A DNA stretch of 64,000 nucleotides, taken from IMG/VR virus record IMGVR_UViG_3300017963_000239, positions 1 to 64,000 of that record. One strand, given 5' to 3'. Each line of letters opens with the position of its first letter. Within the stretch, counting starts at the first letter, position 1. Source of the stretch: a virus. Of this stretch, positions 17,019 through 26,079 are shown in pieces. Position numbers and translations under genes: made by a program. The notes beneath the pieces are model-generated. The model searched no databases. It had not been told where the DNA came from and saw only the letters and a list, made by a program, of their open reading frames with translations.

Positions 17019-17303
17019 GTGGATCAACTACCAAACAGCTCGTGCGTCGGATGCGGCTACTGCTGCTCCAAGGCACCGTGCCCTCTCGGGGTAAAGCTGC
17101 ATGGCGCGGTGGCGCCGTGCCCGTCACTCGTCGAGAAGGACGGGAGGTGGTGGTGCTCAGAGGTGTTGAGAGCGGAAGGGCAGGACAAGCAATGGCTGGT
17201 CGACAACTTGTACATCGGCGCGGGGTGCTGCAGCAGCCTGAACAGCCAGCGCCGCGCGAAGCTCTCCGAACTGAACTCCTCGTCGAGTTCTGCCGGGCGT
17301 TGA
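17019..17303 (+). CDS. CxxCxxCC cysteine-cluster protein
   Basis: CVGCGYCC..C..CPSL..WC. Confidence 0.55.
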   Translation: MDQLPNSSCVGCGYCCSKAPCPLGVKLHGAVAPCPSLVEKDGRWWCSEVLRAEGQDKQWLVDNLYIGAGCCSSLNSQRRAKLSELNSSSSSAGR

Positions 17304-17465
17304 TCCGCAACCATCCGAGCACGGACGCTATCGTCCTGAGCCTTGTGGCGGCGCAGCGCGCTACAGAGGCGACAGACGATGAGATGAAGCTGTTCTCGGA
17401 GGCGGTTCTTCAGGAGCAACGCAAAGCCCCATGGCCCGAAGGGTTCTTCGGTTGAGGAGAGGACG

Positions 17466-17747
17466 ATGGCTGACGATCTGGAGCTGACGGACGAGGAACG
17501 AGAGCACATCAAGGCGCGCCGAGCTGAGAAGAAGCAGAAGGCGTGGAATCCGAAGCAAGCCTCCGACTACACGCCGGAGGAGAAGGCTGTGGCATTCGAC
17601 AAGATCCACAAGCTCGCGCTGGAGCATTTCGAAGGGAAGAAGAAGGACGGCTGGGGCTTGAAGGACGTCGAGCACTGGTTCTACGAGGCTGGCATGGAGC
17701 TTCTTGGGGAGGGCGTCTGGGACGTCTTGAACTCGTTCGAGGGCTGA
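17466..17747 (+). CDS. hypothetical protein
   Basis: GAGGA RBS, typical codon usage. Confidence 0.6.
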   Translation: MADDLELTDEEREHIKARRAEKKQKAWNPKQASDYTPEEKAVAFDKIHKLALEHFEGKKKDGWGLKDVEHWFYEAGMELLGEGVWDVLNSFEG

Positions 17748-17788
17748 GCGCCTTGCGATAGATCCCCGTGCTCGGGTAGTATCCGGGC

Positions 17789-18061
17789 ATGGGCAAGCTA
17801 GGTCATCTGGTCCGTCATTTGCGGGAGGGTATGGGTGCCGTGGTTAGCGGTGAGTTCGGATCCCCGCAGGCTCCTGAGACCATTCCTGGTGGTGAGGGTG
17901 CTCATCTGACCCCGCAGGACGTCGACCCCGAGCAGTTGGCTTTGGGGGCCGCGGTCGAGATGGAGCACACGAAGGACCCGAAGACGGCCATGGAGATCGC
18001 GCTCGATCACTTGGCCGAAGACCCGAAGTACTACGACAAGCTGCTGTCGCTCGGGCTCTGA
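17789..18061 (+). CDS. DUF5661-like phage protein
   Basis: QLALGAAVEMEHT..AMEIALDHLAEDPKYYDKL. Confidence 0.6.
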   Translation: MGKLGHLVRHLREGMGAVVSGEFGSPQAPETIPGGEGAHLTPQDVDPEQLALGAAVEMEHTKDPKTAMEIALDHLAEDPKYYDKLLSLGL

Positions 18062-18136
18062 GCAGCAACACATAGCTCCACGGAGGAGCGTTCCGAGCAC
18101 TGGAACTTCACGTGCTCCTCCGTTTCTTTGCGTCTT

Positions 18137-18211
18137 GGGGATGTGGTCTAGCTAGGCGAGGACGCTGGATTGTCGATCCAGAGGTCGCGGGTTCGAATCC
18201 CGTCATCCCCG
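18137..18211 (+). tRNA. tRNA-Asp(GTC)
   Basis: Cloverleaf, loop TTGTCGA. Confidence 0.9.
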
Positions 18212-18213
18212 CT

Positions 18214-18254
18214 GTGGTCGTAGCTCAATCGGTAGAGCGTCTGGATGTGGCCCA
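18214..18254 (+). pseudogene. 5' half of tRNA-His(GTG)
   Basis: GTGGTCGTAGCTCAATCGGTAGAGCGTCTGGATGTGG then no T arm. Confidence 0.75.
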
Positions 18255-18274
18255 AAAGTGTTAGGCTCACAACC

Positions 18275-18703
18275 ATGCCAGCGAAGACCAAGAAGTGTGG
18301 GAAGTGCCAGAAGCGCAAGCCTGTGGATCAGTTTTACTGGAAGGACAAGGCGCGGGGGACGAGGCATTCGTACTGCAGGGCGTGTTTCGCCGCGCGCCAC
18401 AAGACTTACTACCAGGAGAACAAGCAGTACTACTTGGAGAAGAAGGCGCGCTGCAAGCAGAGGCTCCGCGAGTATGTGAACGAACTGAAGCGCGCGCCGT
18501 GTACGGACTGTGGCCGGACGTACCCGCCCTACGTGATGGACTTTGATCACTTGAATGGGGAGGAGAAGGGGGGCCTCGTGGCGCATTTGGTGGCGCAGGG
18601 GCAGGTTCGGAGAGCCAAAGAAGAGATAGCTAAGTGCGAGCTGGTATGCGCCAACTGTCACAGGATCAGAACGCACGAAAGACGTATGGAGGTCGTAGCC
18701 TAA
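18275..18703 (+). CDS. HNH homing-type endonuclease
   Basis: CTDC..MDFDHL..KCELVCANCHR; stop inside downstream tRNA-His. Confidence 0.85.
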   Translation: MPAKTKKCGKCQKRKPVDQFYWKDKARGTRHSYCRACFAARHKTYYQENKQYYLEKKARCKQRLREYVNELKRAPCTDCGRTYPPYVMDFDHLNGEEKGGLVAHLVAQGQVRRAKEEIAKCELVCANCHRIRTHERRMEVVA

Positions 18704-18760
18704 CGGTTAAGGCACAGGATTGTGGCTCCTGGTATGCCGGTTCGATTCCGGTCGATCTCC
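18688..18760 (+). tRNA. tRNA-His(GTG)
   Basis: G-1, loop TTGTGGC, C73. Confidence 0.88.
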
Positions 18761-18872
18761 CCGGTGGTCGAGTCCGCTCGGTCACCCCACTACGCCCCTG
18801 GAGCCGGGTACTCCGGCGGGGCCAACAAGGAGAAGAAGAGAGACAAGGGTGTGGCAACCCAGGCAGGTAGCC

Positions 18873-20030
18873 ATGAACAAGGTACACGTGAACGTCGGAA
18901 CCATCGGACACATCGACCATGGGAAGACGACCCTCACCGCGGCGATCACCAAGGTGATGGCGGAGCTTCACGGTGGGAAGGTGGTCCCCTTCAACAAGAT
19001 CGACAACGCACCGGAAGAGCAGAAGCGCGGCGTGACCATCAACACGTCGCACGTGGAGTACGAGTCGGCGACGCGGCACTACGCGCACGTCGACTGTCCG
19101 GGGCACGCTGACTACATCAAGAACATGATCACCGGTGCGGCCCAGATGGACGGCGCGGTGCTTCTGGTCGATGGGTCGCAGGGTCCGCAGGTGCAGACCA
19201 AGGAGCACATCCTGCTTGCGAAGCAGGTGGGTGTGGAGAGGATGGTGGTGTTCATCAACAAGGTGGACATCGCAGACCCCGAGCTGCTGGAGTTGGTCGC
19301 CTTGGAGACGGCCGAGCATCTGGAGGCGCAGGGATACGAGGACTCTCCGGTGGTCCAGGGCTCCGCTCTGAAGGCTCTGGAGGGCTCTGAGACGGGCTGC
19401 ATCGTCGAGCTGGTCGAAGCCATGGACAGGCACTTCCCGGACCCTGTGAGGGACTTCGAGGCGCCTTTCATGCTGCCTATCGAGGGAGTCCACACCATCG
19501 AAGGCCGCGGCACTGTGGTCACCGGTCGTGTGGAGCGTGGTGTGTTGCCTCTCGGGGCGACGGTCGAGATCATCGGTCTGGTGGACGAGGACTCCAAGCC
19601 TCGCCAGGTCGTGGTCACGGGCATCCAGATGTTCCACAAGGACCAACCCGAAGCGCGGGCCGGAGAGAACTGTGGCCTGTTGCTGCGCGGTGTTCGTCGG
19701 GACGAGGTGGTTCGGGGTCAGGTGCTCATCGTGCCGGGCTCCGTGCGGTCTCACATGAAGGCGAAGGCCGAGCTGTTCGTGTTGTCGAAGGAGGACGGGG
19801 GTCGGCACACTCCGATCTTCAAGGGCTACCGCCCACAGTTCTTCTTCGGCACGACCAACGTCACGGGCACCGTGGCGGACATCGGCGAGCTGGACTTGGT
19901 CAAGCCTGGCGAGCACGCCGAAGTAGCGCTGGAGTTGCAGAAGCCTGTCGGCATGGAAGCTGGCATGCGATTCGCTGTTCGTGAGAGCAGCAAGACCGTC
20001 GCTGCAGGTGTGGTCCTCAGCGTCACGTAG
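18873..20030 (+). CDS. tuf: elongation factor Tu (divergent)
   Basis: [58 protein letters not shown]. Confidence 0.96.
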   Translation: MNKVHVNVGTIGHIDHGKTTLTAAITKVMAELHGGKVVPFNKIDNAPEEQKRGVTINTSHVEYESATRHYAHVDCPGHADYIKNMITGAAQMDGAVLLVDGSQGPQVQTKEHILLAKQVGVERMVVFINKVDIADPELLELVALETAEHLEAQGYEDSPVVQGSALKALEGSETGCIVELVEAMDRHFPDPVRDFEAPFMLPIEGVHTIEGRGTVVTGRVERGVLPLGATVEIIGLVDEDSKPRQVVVTGIQMFHKDQPEARAGENCGLLLRGVRRDEVVRGQVLIVPGSVRSHMKAKAELFVLSKEDGGRHTPIFKGYRPQFFFGTTNVTGTVADIGELDLVKPGEHAEVALELQKPVGMEAGMRFAVRESSKTVAAGVVLSVT

Positions 20031-20062
20031 AACGGGCAGGCCGGTCCCGCAAACCGGCCATT

Positions 20063-20139
20063 GGGGATGTGGTGCAGTCGCGTAGCACACTTGCCTGTCA
20101 CGCAAGAGGTCGCGGGTTCAAGTCCCGTCATCCCCGCCA
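20063..20139 (+). tRNA. tRNA-Asp(GTC)
   Basis: Cloverleaf, loop CTGTCAC, CCA. Confidence 0.9.
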
Positions 20140-20140
20140 A

Positions 20141-20269
20141 GCGCCCATCGGATCAGATCAAACAAGCATCCTACGTAGCTCAGATGGTAGAGCAGCGGCC
20201 TCTCAAGCCGCCGGCCATGGGTTCAATTCCCATCGCGGGTAACACAACATGATCTTTTCACTCGGGCGC
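20141..20269 (+). ncRNA. tRNA(CTC)-like cloverleaf embedded in CCATC/CTCGG stem
   Basis: GCGCCCATC..AGATCA [cloverleaf, loop CTCTCAA] TGATCT..CACTCGGGCGC. Confidence 0.72.
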
Positions 20270-20277
20270 CCATTTTT

Positions 20278-20814
20278 CTAGGGCTCGTGACATCCTCGGC
20301 ACCTCGCCTCGTAGGACTCGGCGCCGCCGACTTTCACTTGTTCTTCACCATGCACGAGCCTCTGGGTTCGACTGGCTTCCTTGCCGCACCGGGAGCACAC
20401 AGCGCGTACTTTGGTCACGGTTTCAGCGATGGCCATCAACTCAGGGACAGGGTGGAAGGGGCGCCCCTGAAAGTCTTGGTCTAGGCCGGCGACGATGACG
20501 CGGTAGCCCTTGTCTGCCAGGATGTTGATTCCATCGATCATGTCGTTGTCGAAGAACTGCGCTTCGTCGATGGCTACGACGTCGGTCTCAGGCTTGACGC
20601 GACGAATGAGATCGTAGCTCGAAGCCACTGGCTCGGCTTCGATGTCGATCCCTTGGTGGCTTACGATCTTCTCTTTGGCGTAGCGGTCGTCAACGGACGG
20701 CTTGAACGCCTGAACGGTTTGCTTCGCGAACAGGGCTCGGCGCACGCGGCGGATCAACTCTTCGGTTTTGCCGCTGAACATCGAGCCCACAACAACTTCA
20801 ACATGTCCTGACAT
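20278..20814 (-). CDS. tdk: thymidine kinase
   Basis: [31 protein letters not shown]. Confidence 0.95.
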   Translation of the reverse strand: MSGHVEVVVGSMFSGKTEELIRRVRRALFAKQTVQAFKPSVDDRYAKEKIVSHQGIDIEAEPVASSYDLIRRVKPETDVVAIDEAQFFDNDMIDGINILADKGYRVIVAGLDQDFQGRPFHPVPELMAIAETVTKVRAVCSRCGKEASRTQRLVHGEEQVKVGGAESYEARCRGCHEP

Positions 20815-20819
20815 GTTCT

Positions 20820-20893
20820 AGGGGTATAGCTCAGCTAGGGAGAGCAGCGGATTCCAAATCCGCAGGTCGGGAGTTCGATTCTCTCTGCCCCTG
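20820..20893 (+). tRNA. tRNA-Trp(CCA)
   Basis: Cloverleaf, loop TTCCAAA. Confidence 0.9.
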
Positions 20894-20897
20894 CTAC

Positions 20898-20947
20898 GGG
20901 CCAGTAGCTCAGTAGGTTAGAGCGTCCGCCTGATAAGCGGGAGGTCG
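20898..20947 (+). pseudogene. 3'-truncated tRNA-Ile(GAT)
   Basis: Canonical acceptor 5', D and anticodon arms (CTGATAA), stops after AGGTCG. Confidence 0.8.
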
Positions 20948-20972
20948 TTTATTCTAACCTGGACAATTTCTT

Positions 20973-21044
20973 GGACTGCAATGCTCTGGTTGAGCTACGA
21001 TGCCTGATAAGCATCGTGGCGGGGTCCAATTCCCCGGCGGTCCA
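20973..21044 (+). tRNA. tRNA-Ile(GAT), atypical replacement copy
   Basis: GGACTGC/GCGGTCC, loop CTGATAA, T loop TCCAATT. Confidence 0.72.
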
Positions 21045-21047
21045 CCG

Positions 21048-21623
21048 ATGAGCAAACAACGCAGGGATTCCCAGGGCCGTCTTCTTCTAGAATTTCGGTG
21101 TCCTTGTGGGAAGAGGTTCTGGGCACGCCCCAGACCTCCGAACAAGTCGGGGAAGCGGTATTGTAGCTTGGTGTGCTACGGGAGGCTTAGGGACTTTTCT
21201 GGATCTAAAAACCCCAACTGGAGGGGAGGGTCGTTCCAGAGTGGCAAGGGTTACTGGTATGTTCATATGCCAGATCATCACCGAGCGATGAAGAATGGCT
21301 ACGTCAAGAGGGCGGATGTTGTAGCCGAGAAGAAGATCGGGAGGAAGTTGTTGCCTAACGAGGTGGTGCACCACGAAGATTCAGATCCGAGCAACGACAG
21401 CCTAGACAACCTAGTGGTCAAGGACTCCCTAGCGCATATCAGAGAGCACGCAGTGAAGAGGCGAAAGCCTAAGAAGTCAAAGAAGGCTCGAAAGTCTGTT
21501 TGTTGGCCCTCCGATAGCGTGCTTTTGGAGATGGCTAAGACCATGACACAGCGCCAAATGGCAACGCTTCTTGGGTGCAGTCAGCCCGCCGTATTCTATC
21601 GCCTGCACCGTTCTCGTCGTTGA
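21048..21623 (+). CDS. HNH homing-type endonuclease
   Basis: KNPNWRGG, EVVHHEDSDPSND..NL, C-terminal HTH. Confidence 0.85.
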   Translation: MSKQRRDSQGRLLLEFRCPCGKRFWARPRPPNKSGKRYCSLVCYGRLRDFSGSKNPNWRGGSFQSGKGYWYVHMPDHHRAMKNGYVKRADVVAEKKIGRKLLPNEVVHHEDSDPSNDSLDNLVVKDSLAHIREHAVKRRKPKKSKKARKSVCWPSDSVLLEMAKTMTQRQMATLLGCSQPAVFYRLHRSRR

Positions 21624-22040
21624 GCCCTGAGCAGCTTCCGCACATCATCTGCGGACCGGCTGCTCAGGACGAGGCGCAGCTGCGTGGAAAGCTCCCGCAT
21701 GCGCGCGCAGACGTCGCACTGGCAGCCGGGTTTGGTCTGTTGGTGCTCGTTCCAGATCTTCAGCTCTTGCTCTTCGACGGCAGTCATGCTGCCATCATGC
21801 CTGAGAGCTGAAGCTCATCTTGCACGACGCCGGTCGATTTCCGGCTGGAGGTAGACATGAAGAGGTCGATGCCGCCGTAGCCCCTCCTTCTGCGTGAAGG
21901 AGGTGGCCTATGTGTCGCTACTGCCAAATCGTCTGGTCCCTGCTGGGGCCGGGCTATCTCTGTCGCCCTTGCTGGAGGAAGAAGTATCGGAATGCGAAGA
22001 AGGGTCGGTAAGACCGGCTGAGGGCTAGCTGCCCTCACAC

Positions 22041-22071
22041 GGGCCTGTAGCTCAGCTGGGAGAGCGCTTCG
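22041..22071 (+). pseudogene. 5' half of tRNA-Ala
   Basis: GGGCCTGTAGCTCAGCTGGGAGAGCGCTTCG, ends at anticodon loop. Confidence 0.8.
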
Positions 22072-22086
22072 TGCTACACTGGCAAA

Positions 22087-22578
22087 ATGCTGGAAGTGGT
22101 TGTGAGGTACGAGAAACCTGGAGATCCGTATGTCCGTGTTCGGCTGTCGGATGGCCGGGTCGTGCGTGAGCACAGGTTCATCATGGAGTGCAAGCTAGGT
22201 CGGAAGCTCTCCCCTAGCGAGCACGTCCATCATAAGGACTTGAACCCCCGGAACAACGAGGAGAGCAACTTAGAATTGAAGTCGCGGGCGGATCACTGCC
22301 GCCTGCACCGCCCTGTGGCGCGGAAGGTTAGACTGCGCTGTCCTACTTGCGGGTGTTGTTTCGAACGCACTGCCAGGTATGTCAGGTCCAAGAAGAAGCT
22401 AGGCCAGCACAGTTTCTTCTGCGGTCGTAGCTGCCGGGGACCTAGGGGCGGAGAAACAACACGAAAGGTCACCGCGCATGGGTCTCGCGGAGGCTATTTG
22501 AGGGGCTGTCGGTGTGCTGAGTGTCGAGAGGCGCAGGCGCACTACATGCGCGAGTACAGATCAAAGGGGCTGTGGTGA
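22087..22578 (+). CDS. HNH homing-type endonuclease
   Basis: EHRFIME..HVHHKDLNPRNN..NL, HGS..CRCAEC. Confidence 0.88.
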   Translation: MLEVVVRYEKPGDPYVRVRLSDGRVVREHRFIMECKLGRKLSPSEHVHHKDLNPRNNEESNLELKSRADHCRLHRPVARKVRLRCPTCGCCFERTARYVRSKKKLGQHSFFCGRSCRGPRGGETTRKVTAHGSRGGYLRGCRCAECREAQAHYMREYRSKGLW

Positions 22579-22636
22579 AAGGGGATCACGCAACCATGGC
22601 ATGGTTGTATTACGGGTTCGAATCCCGTCAGCTCCA
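22566..22636 (+). tRNA. tRNA-Ala(GGC)
   Basis: G3:U70, loop ATGGCAT. Confidence 0.85.
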
Positions 22637-22652
22637 CTAGGGACCTTCCGGT

Positions 22653-22691
22653 CGGCGGGGGTCGGGGGTTCGAGTCCCCCTAGGTCCACCA
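22653..22691 (+). pseudogene. 3' half of tRNA-Ala
   Basis: T arm plus TAGGTCC-A-CCA pairs with GGGCCTG at 22041. Confidence 0.8.
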
Positions 22692-22806
22692 TCGGCCCCT
22701 CTGAGGGCAGCTTAGGCGTCAGGGCAGCGCGACGAACGACCCAGTACTCGGACAGCTGCAAGTCGAGCTGCGGGGCATCCTCCTGACGGGAGGCCCCGCC
22801 GATGAC

Positions 22807-23022
22807 CTACTTCTTCTCGGGCTCGGCGGTCGCAGCGGCCGACGCGGTGGCGCTGGCTGTCGCTGTGGCGGTCGCCGTAGCAGTCGCTTCGGCAGTCGCG
22901 GTGCTGGTCTCTGCGGCGGCGGTCGACGTCTCCTTGGTGGGGACGGTTTCTTCGGCCTTCTTCTCGTCGCAGGCGGACAGGAAGCAGATCGCGATCACGA
23001 GGGTAGCTGCTAGGGTCTTCAT
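22807..23022 (-). CDS. small Ala/Thr-rich lipoprotein
   Basis: Signal peptide with lipobox LSAC; AGGAG RBS. Confidence 0.7.
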   Translation of the reverse strand: MKTLAATLVIAICFLSACDEKKAEETVPTKETSTAAAETSTATAEATATATATATASATASAAATAEPEKK

Positions 23023-23340
23023 CGGATTTCTCCTTGCGGTGGAGGTTATACTTCACACCCCGGAGATCGCGCAAAGGGGATTGTCAGAGTGGCCATACGT
23101 CCATGTGGACGCATACGCCTACTTGACTATCGCTTTTCTATAGGCTAATTCTTGAGCCCATGGCGACGAAGAAGGTGATTGTCGACTTCGACGAGGACAT
23201 CCAGAACCTGCGCGACCCCGAGACAGGCCGTTATGTCGAGCTGAACTCCGTTGTGGGAGCCAAGGTCGTAGGGGTGGAGCGGGGTGAGGACGACCAGCTC
23301 GTGTTGATCCTCGAAGGGGTCGAAGACGAAGAAGACTGAC

Positions 23341-23416
23341 GGGCCTGTAGCTCAGCTGGGAGAGCGCTGCGTTCGCAATGCAGAGGTCAGGGGTTCGATT
23401 CCCCTCAGGTCCACCA
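23341..23416 (+). tRNA. tRNA-Ala(CGC)
   Basis: Cloverleaf, loop TTCGCAA, G3:U70, CCA. Confidence 0.92.
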
Positions 23417-23509
23417 GCTCCGGAGCCAAGTCTGTGGGCTCAGTAGCTACACGCGGAGTGACGCCCGCAGCCGGAGTTAGGAGCCTCGCCAGCGCAGCGC
23501 GGCTCTGTT

Positions 23510-23548
23510 GGGCTCATAGCTCAGATGGGAGAGCGCGGCATATTGCAA
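23510..23548 (+). pseudogene. 5' half of tRNA-Ala(TGC)
   Basis: GGGCTCATAGCTCAGATGGGAGAGCG...TTGCAA. Confidence 0.78.
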
Positions 23549-23577
23549 CTGGAGATCGTCGCTGATACTGTACCTGT

Positions 23578-23967
23578 ATGGGGTACAAGTTCGTTAAGGC
23601 TCCCTCTAGCTATCCGGGCAGAACGTATCGCTGGGGCAACCGAGTTCTGGAGCACCACTTGGTATGGTGGGAGAACACAGGACAGGTCGTTCCGGAAGGG
23701 TACGTTGTTCACCATCTGAATGAAGACAAGGAGGACAATCGTTTCGGGAACCTCGCGCTGAAGAAGCGTGGGGAGCACACAACGGATCACCAATTGAAGG
23801 ATCCGCCTGTGGCGTTGGTGTGCTCTTGGTGCGGGAAGAAGATCGAACGTAGCTCTAGAGATGTTCGAAGCAAACGCAAGCAAGGGCAGAGTCGTTTCTT
23901 CTGTTGTTCCGCTCACGCAGCCGCTGCGGGTTGGTCGAGCAGAAGAGCGAGAGGGGTCATCGTCTAA
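23578..23967 (+). CDS. HNH homing-type endonuclease
   Basis: EHHLVW..VVHHLNEDKEDNRFGNL. Confidence 0.88.
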   Translation: MGYKFVKAPSSYPGRTYRWGNRVLEHHLVWWENTGQVVPEGYVVHHLNEDKEDNRFGNLALKKRGEHTTDHQLKDPPVALVCSWCGKKIERSSRDVRSKRKQGQSRFFCCSAHAAAAGWSSRRARGVIV

Positions 23968-24024
23968 TCGGGAGGACGCTAGCCTTGCACGCTGGTAATA
24001 CGGGTTCGAGTCCCGTTGGCTCCA
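23953..24024 (+). tRNA. tRNA-Ala(TGC)
   Basis: G3:U70, loop CTTGCAC. Confidence 0.88.
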
Positions 24025-24130
24025 CTGCGGCAACGTGTGGTCGTCCGCAGGGCTTGACCCGTCCCTGCTAAGTGATCACGCAAGATCCCTAACGGGTCGC
24101 ACAAAGCCGGAAGGCGTGGGGACGCCGCGC

Positions 24131-24175
24131 CTTGCAAGCCTGAGGTCGGGAGTTCGATCCTCCCTGAGTCCACCA
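24131..24175 (+). pseudogene. 3' half of tRNA-Ala(TGC)
   Basis: CTTGCAA..T arm..TGAGTCC-A-CCA pairs with GGGCTCA at 23510. Confidence 0.8.
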
Positions 24176-24622
24176 ATGCAGACGTTCCTACCCTTTCCGG
24201 ACTTTCAGAGATCTGCCTCTGTGCTCGACTGGCGGCGTCTGGGCAAGCAGCGCATCGAGGCGAGGCACATCGTGGAGGTGCTTCTAGGCATCAAGCCTCA
24301 CAGTCGTTACCGGAACCACGCGGCGGTCCGCATGTGGCGAGGCTTCGGACACTTCTTGTGTTCCTACGGCGTCGCCATCTGCCAGGAGTGGCGTGGGCGT
24401 GGCTACCGAGATCAGCAGCTCGAAGCCTTCCAACGCCTGCGGAAGCTCGCCGAGCGCGAGGATCAACACGGAACGCCGCCTTGGTTTGGAGACGCTGCGT
24501 TCCACGCGGCGCACCGAGCTGCTTTGCTCGCCAAGGCTCCGGAGTGGTACGGCCAATTCGGATGGCAGGAGATCCCGCTCGTGGACTACGTGTGGCCTGC
24601 CGGTGTAGCCTATGGCGCATGA
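24176..24622 (+). CDS. pyrimidine-dimer DNA glycosylase/endonuclease V-like (MSMEG_6728 type)
   Basis: MQTFLP..LD..RLGKQRIE..NHAAVRMWRG..HRAALL. Confidence 0.75.
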   Translation: MQTFLPFPDFQRSASVLDWRRLGKQRIEARHIVEVLLGIKPHSRYRNHAAVRMWRGFGHFLCSYGVAICQEWRGRGYRDQQLEAFQRLRKLAEREDQHGTPPWFGDAAFHAAHRAALLAKAPEWYGQFGWQEIPLVDYVWPAGVAYGA

Positions 24623-25527
24623 GCACCATCGACGTCGTTCAGCTAGTCAAGGACGGGAAGGCGAAGTTCGAGTGGGCGGACGTGCTGTCGACGCACGAGG
24701 ACAAGGAGCTGACGATCAGCGTCTTTAGGGACGCGATGAAGTTCGACGACATCCCGGCGTTGACATGGGACTTCAAGCCGATTCCGGGAAACGACCAGAT
24801 CTACAACGGTGTACGGCTGCCAGCTTCGGCTGACCAGTTGCAGCAGATCGCCGACGTGCTCGGGTGCATGCTGCTGACCCCGAAGGTCGTAGATCTCATC
24901 TGGCTCCAAGCGCAGCTCAAGTTCAACCCGGTCATCAACGACGGCCCCCCGCGGTACAACATCGTGGCAATCTCCAACATCAACGATGTCCACGACCTCA
25001 TTCAGAAGAAGATCGAGGGAGCTGGCGGTGACGACGGCTACAAGCTCATCGCCTGTGTGGGCAAGTACTGGGTGCTTTGCAATGCGCTTGGGCAGATGGT
25101 CGTGGTCCACGGAGATCTGCAGGCATTCAACTACGGATGGCCTGATGCGAACGCTCCTACCTCACGCCGCGGTGTCACGTCGGGCGTGAAGGTATGGCAG
25201 AACCTAGCGGGAGCCCACAACAAGCTGCACTGGGATCCATCGCAGACCATTCGGCTGATGTTCCAGTGGGCCTGGTTGAAGGTGGGCGATGCGGATCCCG
25301 TTCAGATCCATCTGCATGACGTGGCCTCCGATCCCGAGCTGGCGCCACTGTTGCACCACGAGGGTGAGCTGAAGGTGTTCCGGCAGTCGGGGGTGCCCGA
25401 GCCGAAGGGCGAGGTGCAGGAAGACGGAACCATTCTGATGCCCGAGATCATCATCTACGGCGCTCCTCCGAAGCACCCGATGGTTCCCGTCCGCGAGGGC
25501 GGTCATCGAGTGAAGGTGATTTCTTAG
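24619..25527 (+). CDS. hypothetical protein
   Basis: ATGA overlap with previous stop, typical codon usage. Confidence 0.65.
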   Translation: MSTIDVVQLVKDGKAKFEWADVLSTHEDKELTISVFRDAMKFDDIPALTWDFKPIPGNDQIYNGVRLPASADQLQQIADVLGCMLLTPKVVDLIWLQAQLKFNPVINDGPPRYNIVAISNINDVHDLIQKKIEGAGGDDGYKLIACVGKYWVLCNALGQMVVVHGDLQAFNYGWPDANAPTSRRGVTSGVKVWQNLAGAHNKLHWDPSQTIRLMFQWAWLKVGDADPVQIHLHDVASDPELAPLLHHEGELKVFRQSGVPEPKGEVQEDGTILMPEIIIYGAPPKHPMVPVREGGHRVKVIS

Positions 25528-25534
25528 ACGAAGT

Positions 25535-25612
25535 GCCGCTGTAGCTCAGTTCTGGCAGAGCACAGTCTTGGTAAGACTGGGGTCATCGGTTCGACTCCGA
25601 TCAGCGGCTCCA
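25535..25612 (+). tRNA. tRNA-Thr(GGT)
   Basis: Cloverleaf, loop TTGGTAA, CCA. Confidence 0.92.
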
Positions 25613-25615
25613 CAT

Positions 25616-25690
25616 GCGGGTGTAGTTCAGGGGTAGAACGTCAGCTTCCCAAGCTGAATGTCGTCGGTTCAAATCCGATCATCCGCTCCA
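25616..25690 (+). tRNA. tRNA-Gly(CCC)
   Basis: Cloverleaf, loop TTCCCAA, CCA. Confidence 0.92.
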
Positions 25691-25694
25691 ACTT

Positions 25695-25766
25695 GCGGGC
25701 ATAGCCAAGTGGTAAGGCCGTGGGTTTCCAACCCACCATTCGCCGGTTCGAATCCGGCTGTCCGCT
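25695..25766 (+). tRNA. tRNA-Gly(TCC)
   Basis: Cloverleaf, loop TTTCCAA. Confidence 0.9.
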
Positions 25767-25844
25767 CCGCCGGGGAAATGGAGTACCCGGATGGTCTGTT
25801 TGATCAAACCGACTAACCAAGCCGGCTCGGGAGGGCCGGCATCT

Positions 25845-25919
25845 GCGGGTGTAACTCAGTGGTAGAGTACTTGCTTGCCAAGCAAGATGCCGTGGGTTCG
25901 AATCCCATCACCCGCTCCA
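25845..25919 (+). tRNA. tRNA-Gly(GCC)
   Basis: Cloverleaf, loop TTGCCAA, CCA. Confidence 0.92.
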
Positions 25920-26079
25920 ACGTGTAGAGTAGGCGCCATGGGTGCAGCGTTCATCGCAGTGACCGCCATCTTCGTTCTCGGCTTTTTGCCCGGCTACTTC
26001 GTGGGCTACGTTCACGGAGGGAACGACGAGAAGGCCAAGCGCCCCGAACCCGAACCTGTGTGGGGGGAGGACGTCGAAG

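Noticed and set aside
18776-18826. Another CTCGG...CCAAC module upstream of tuf
   Set aside because: Weak closing stem and no tRNA arms; may be chance
23417-23477. Small branched hairpin after tRNA-Ala(CGC)
   Set aside because: No T-loop or shared motif; insufficient evidence
22041-24175. Group I introns in tRNA anticodon loops
   Set aside because: Inserts are almost wholly ORF plus a full tRNA, with no room for or sign of a P3-P9 core
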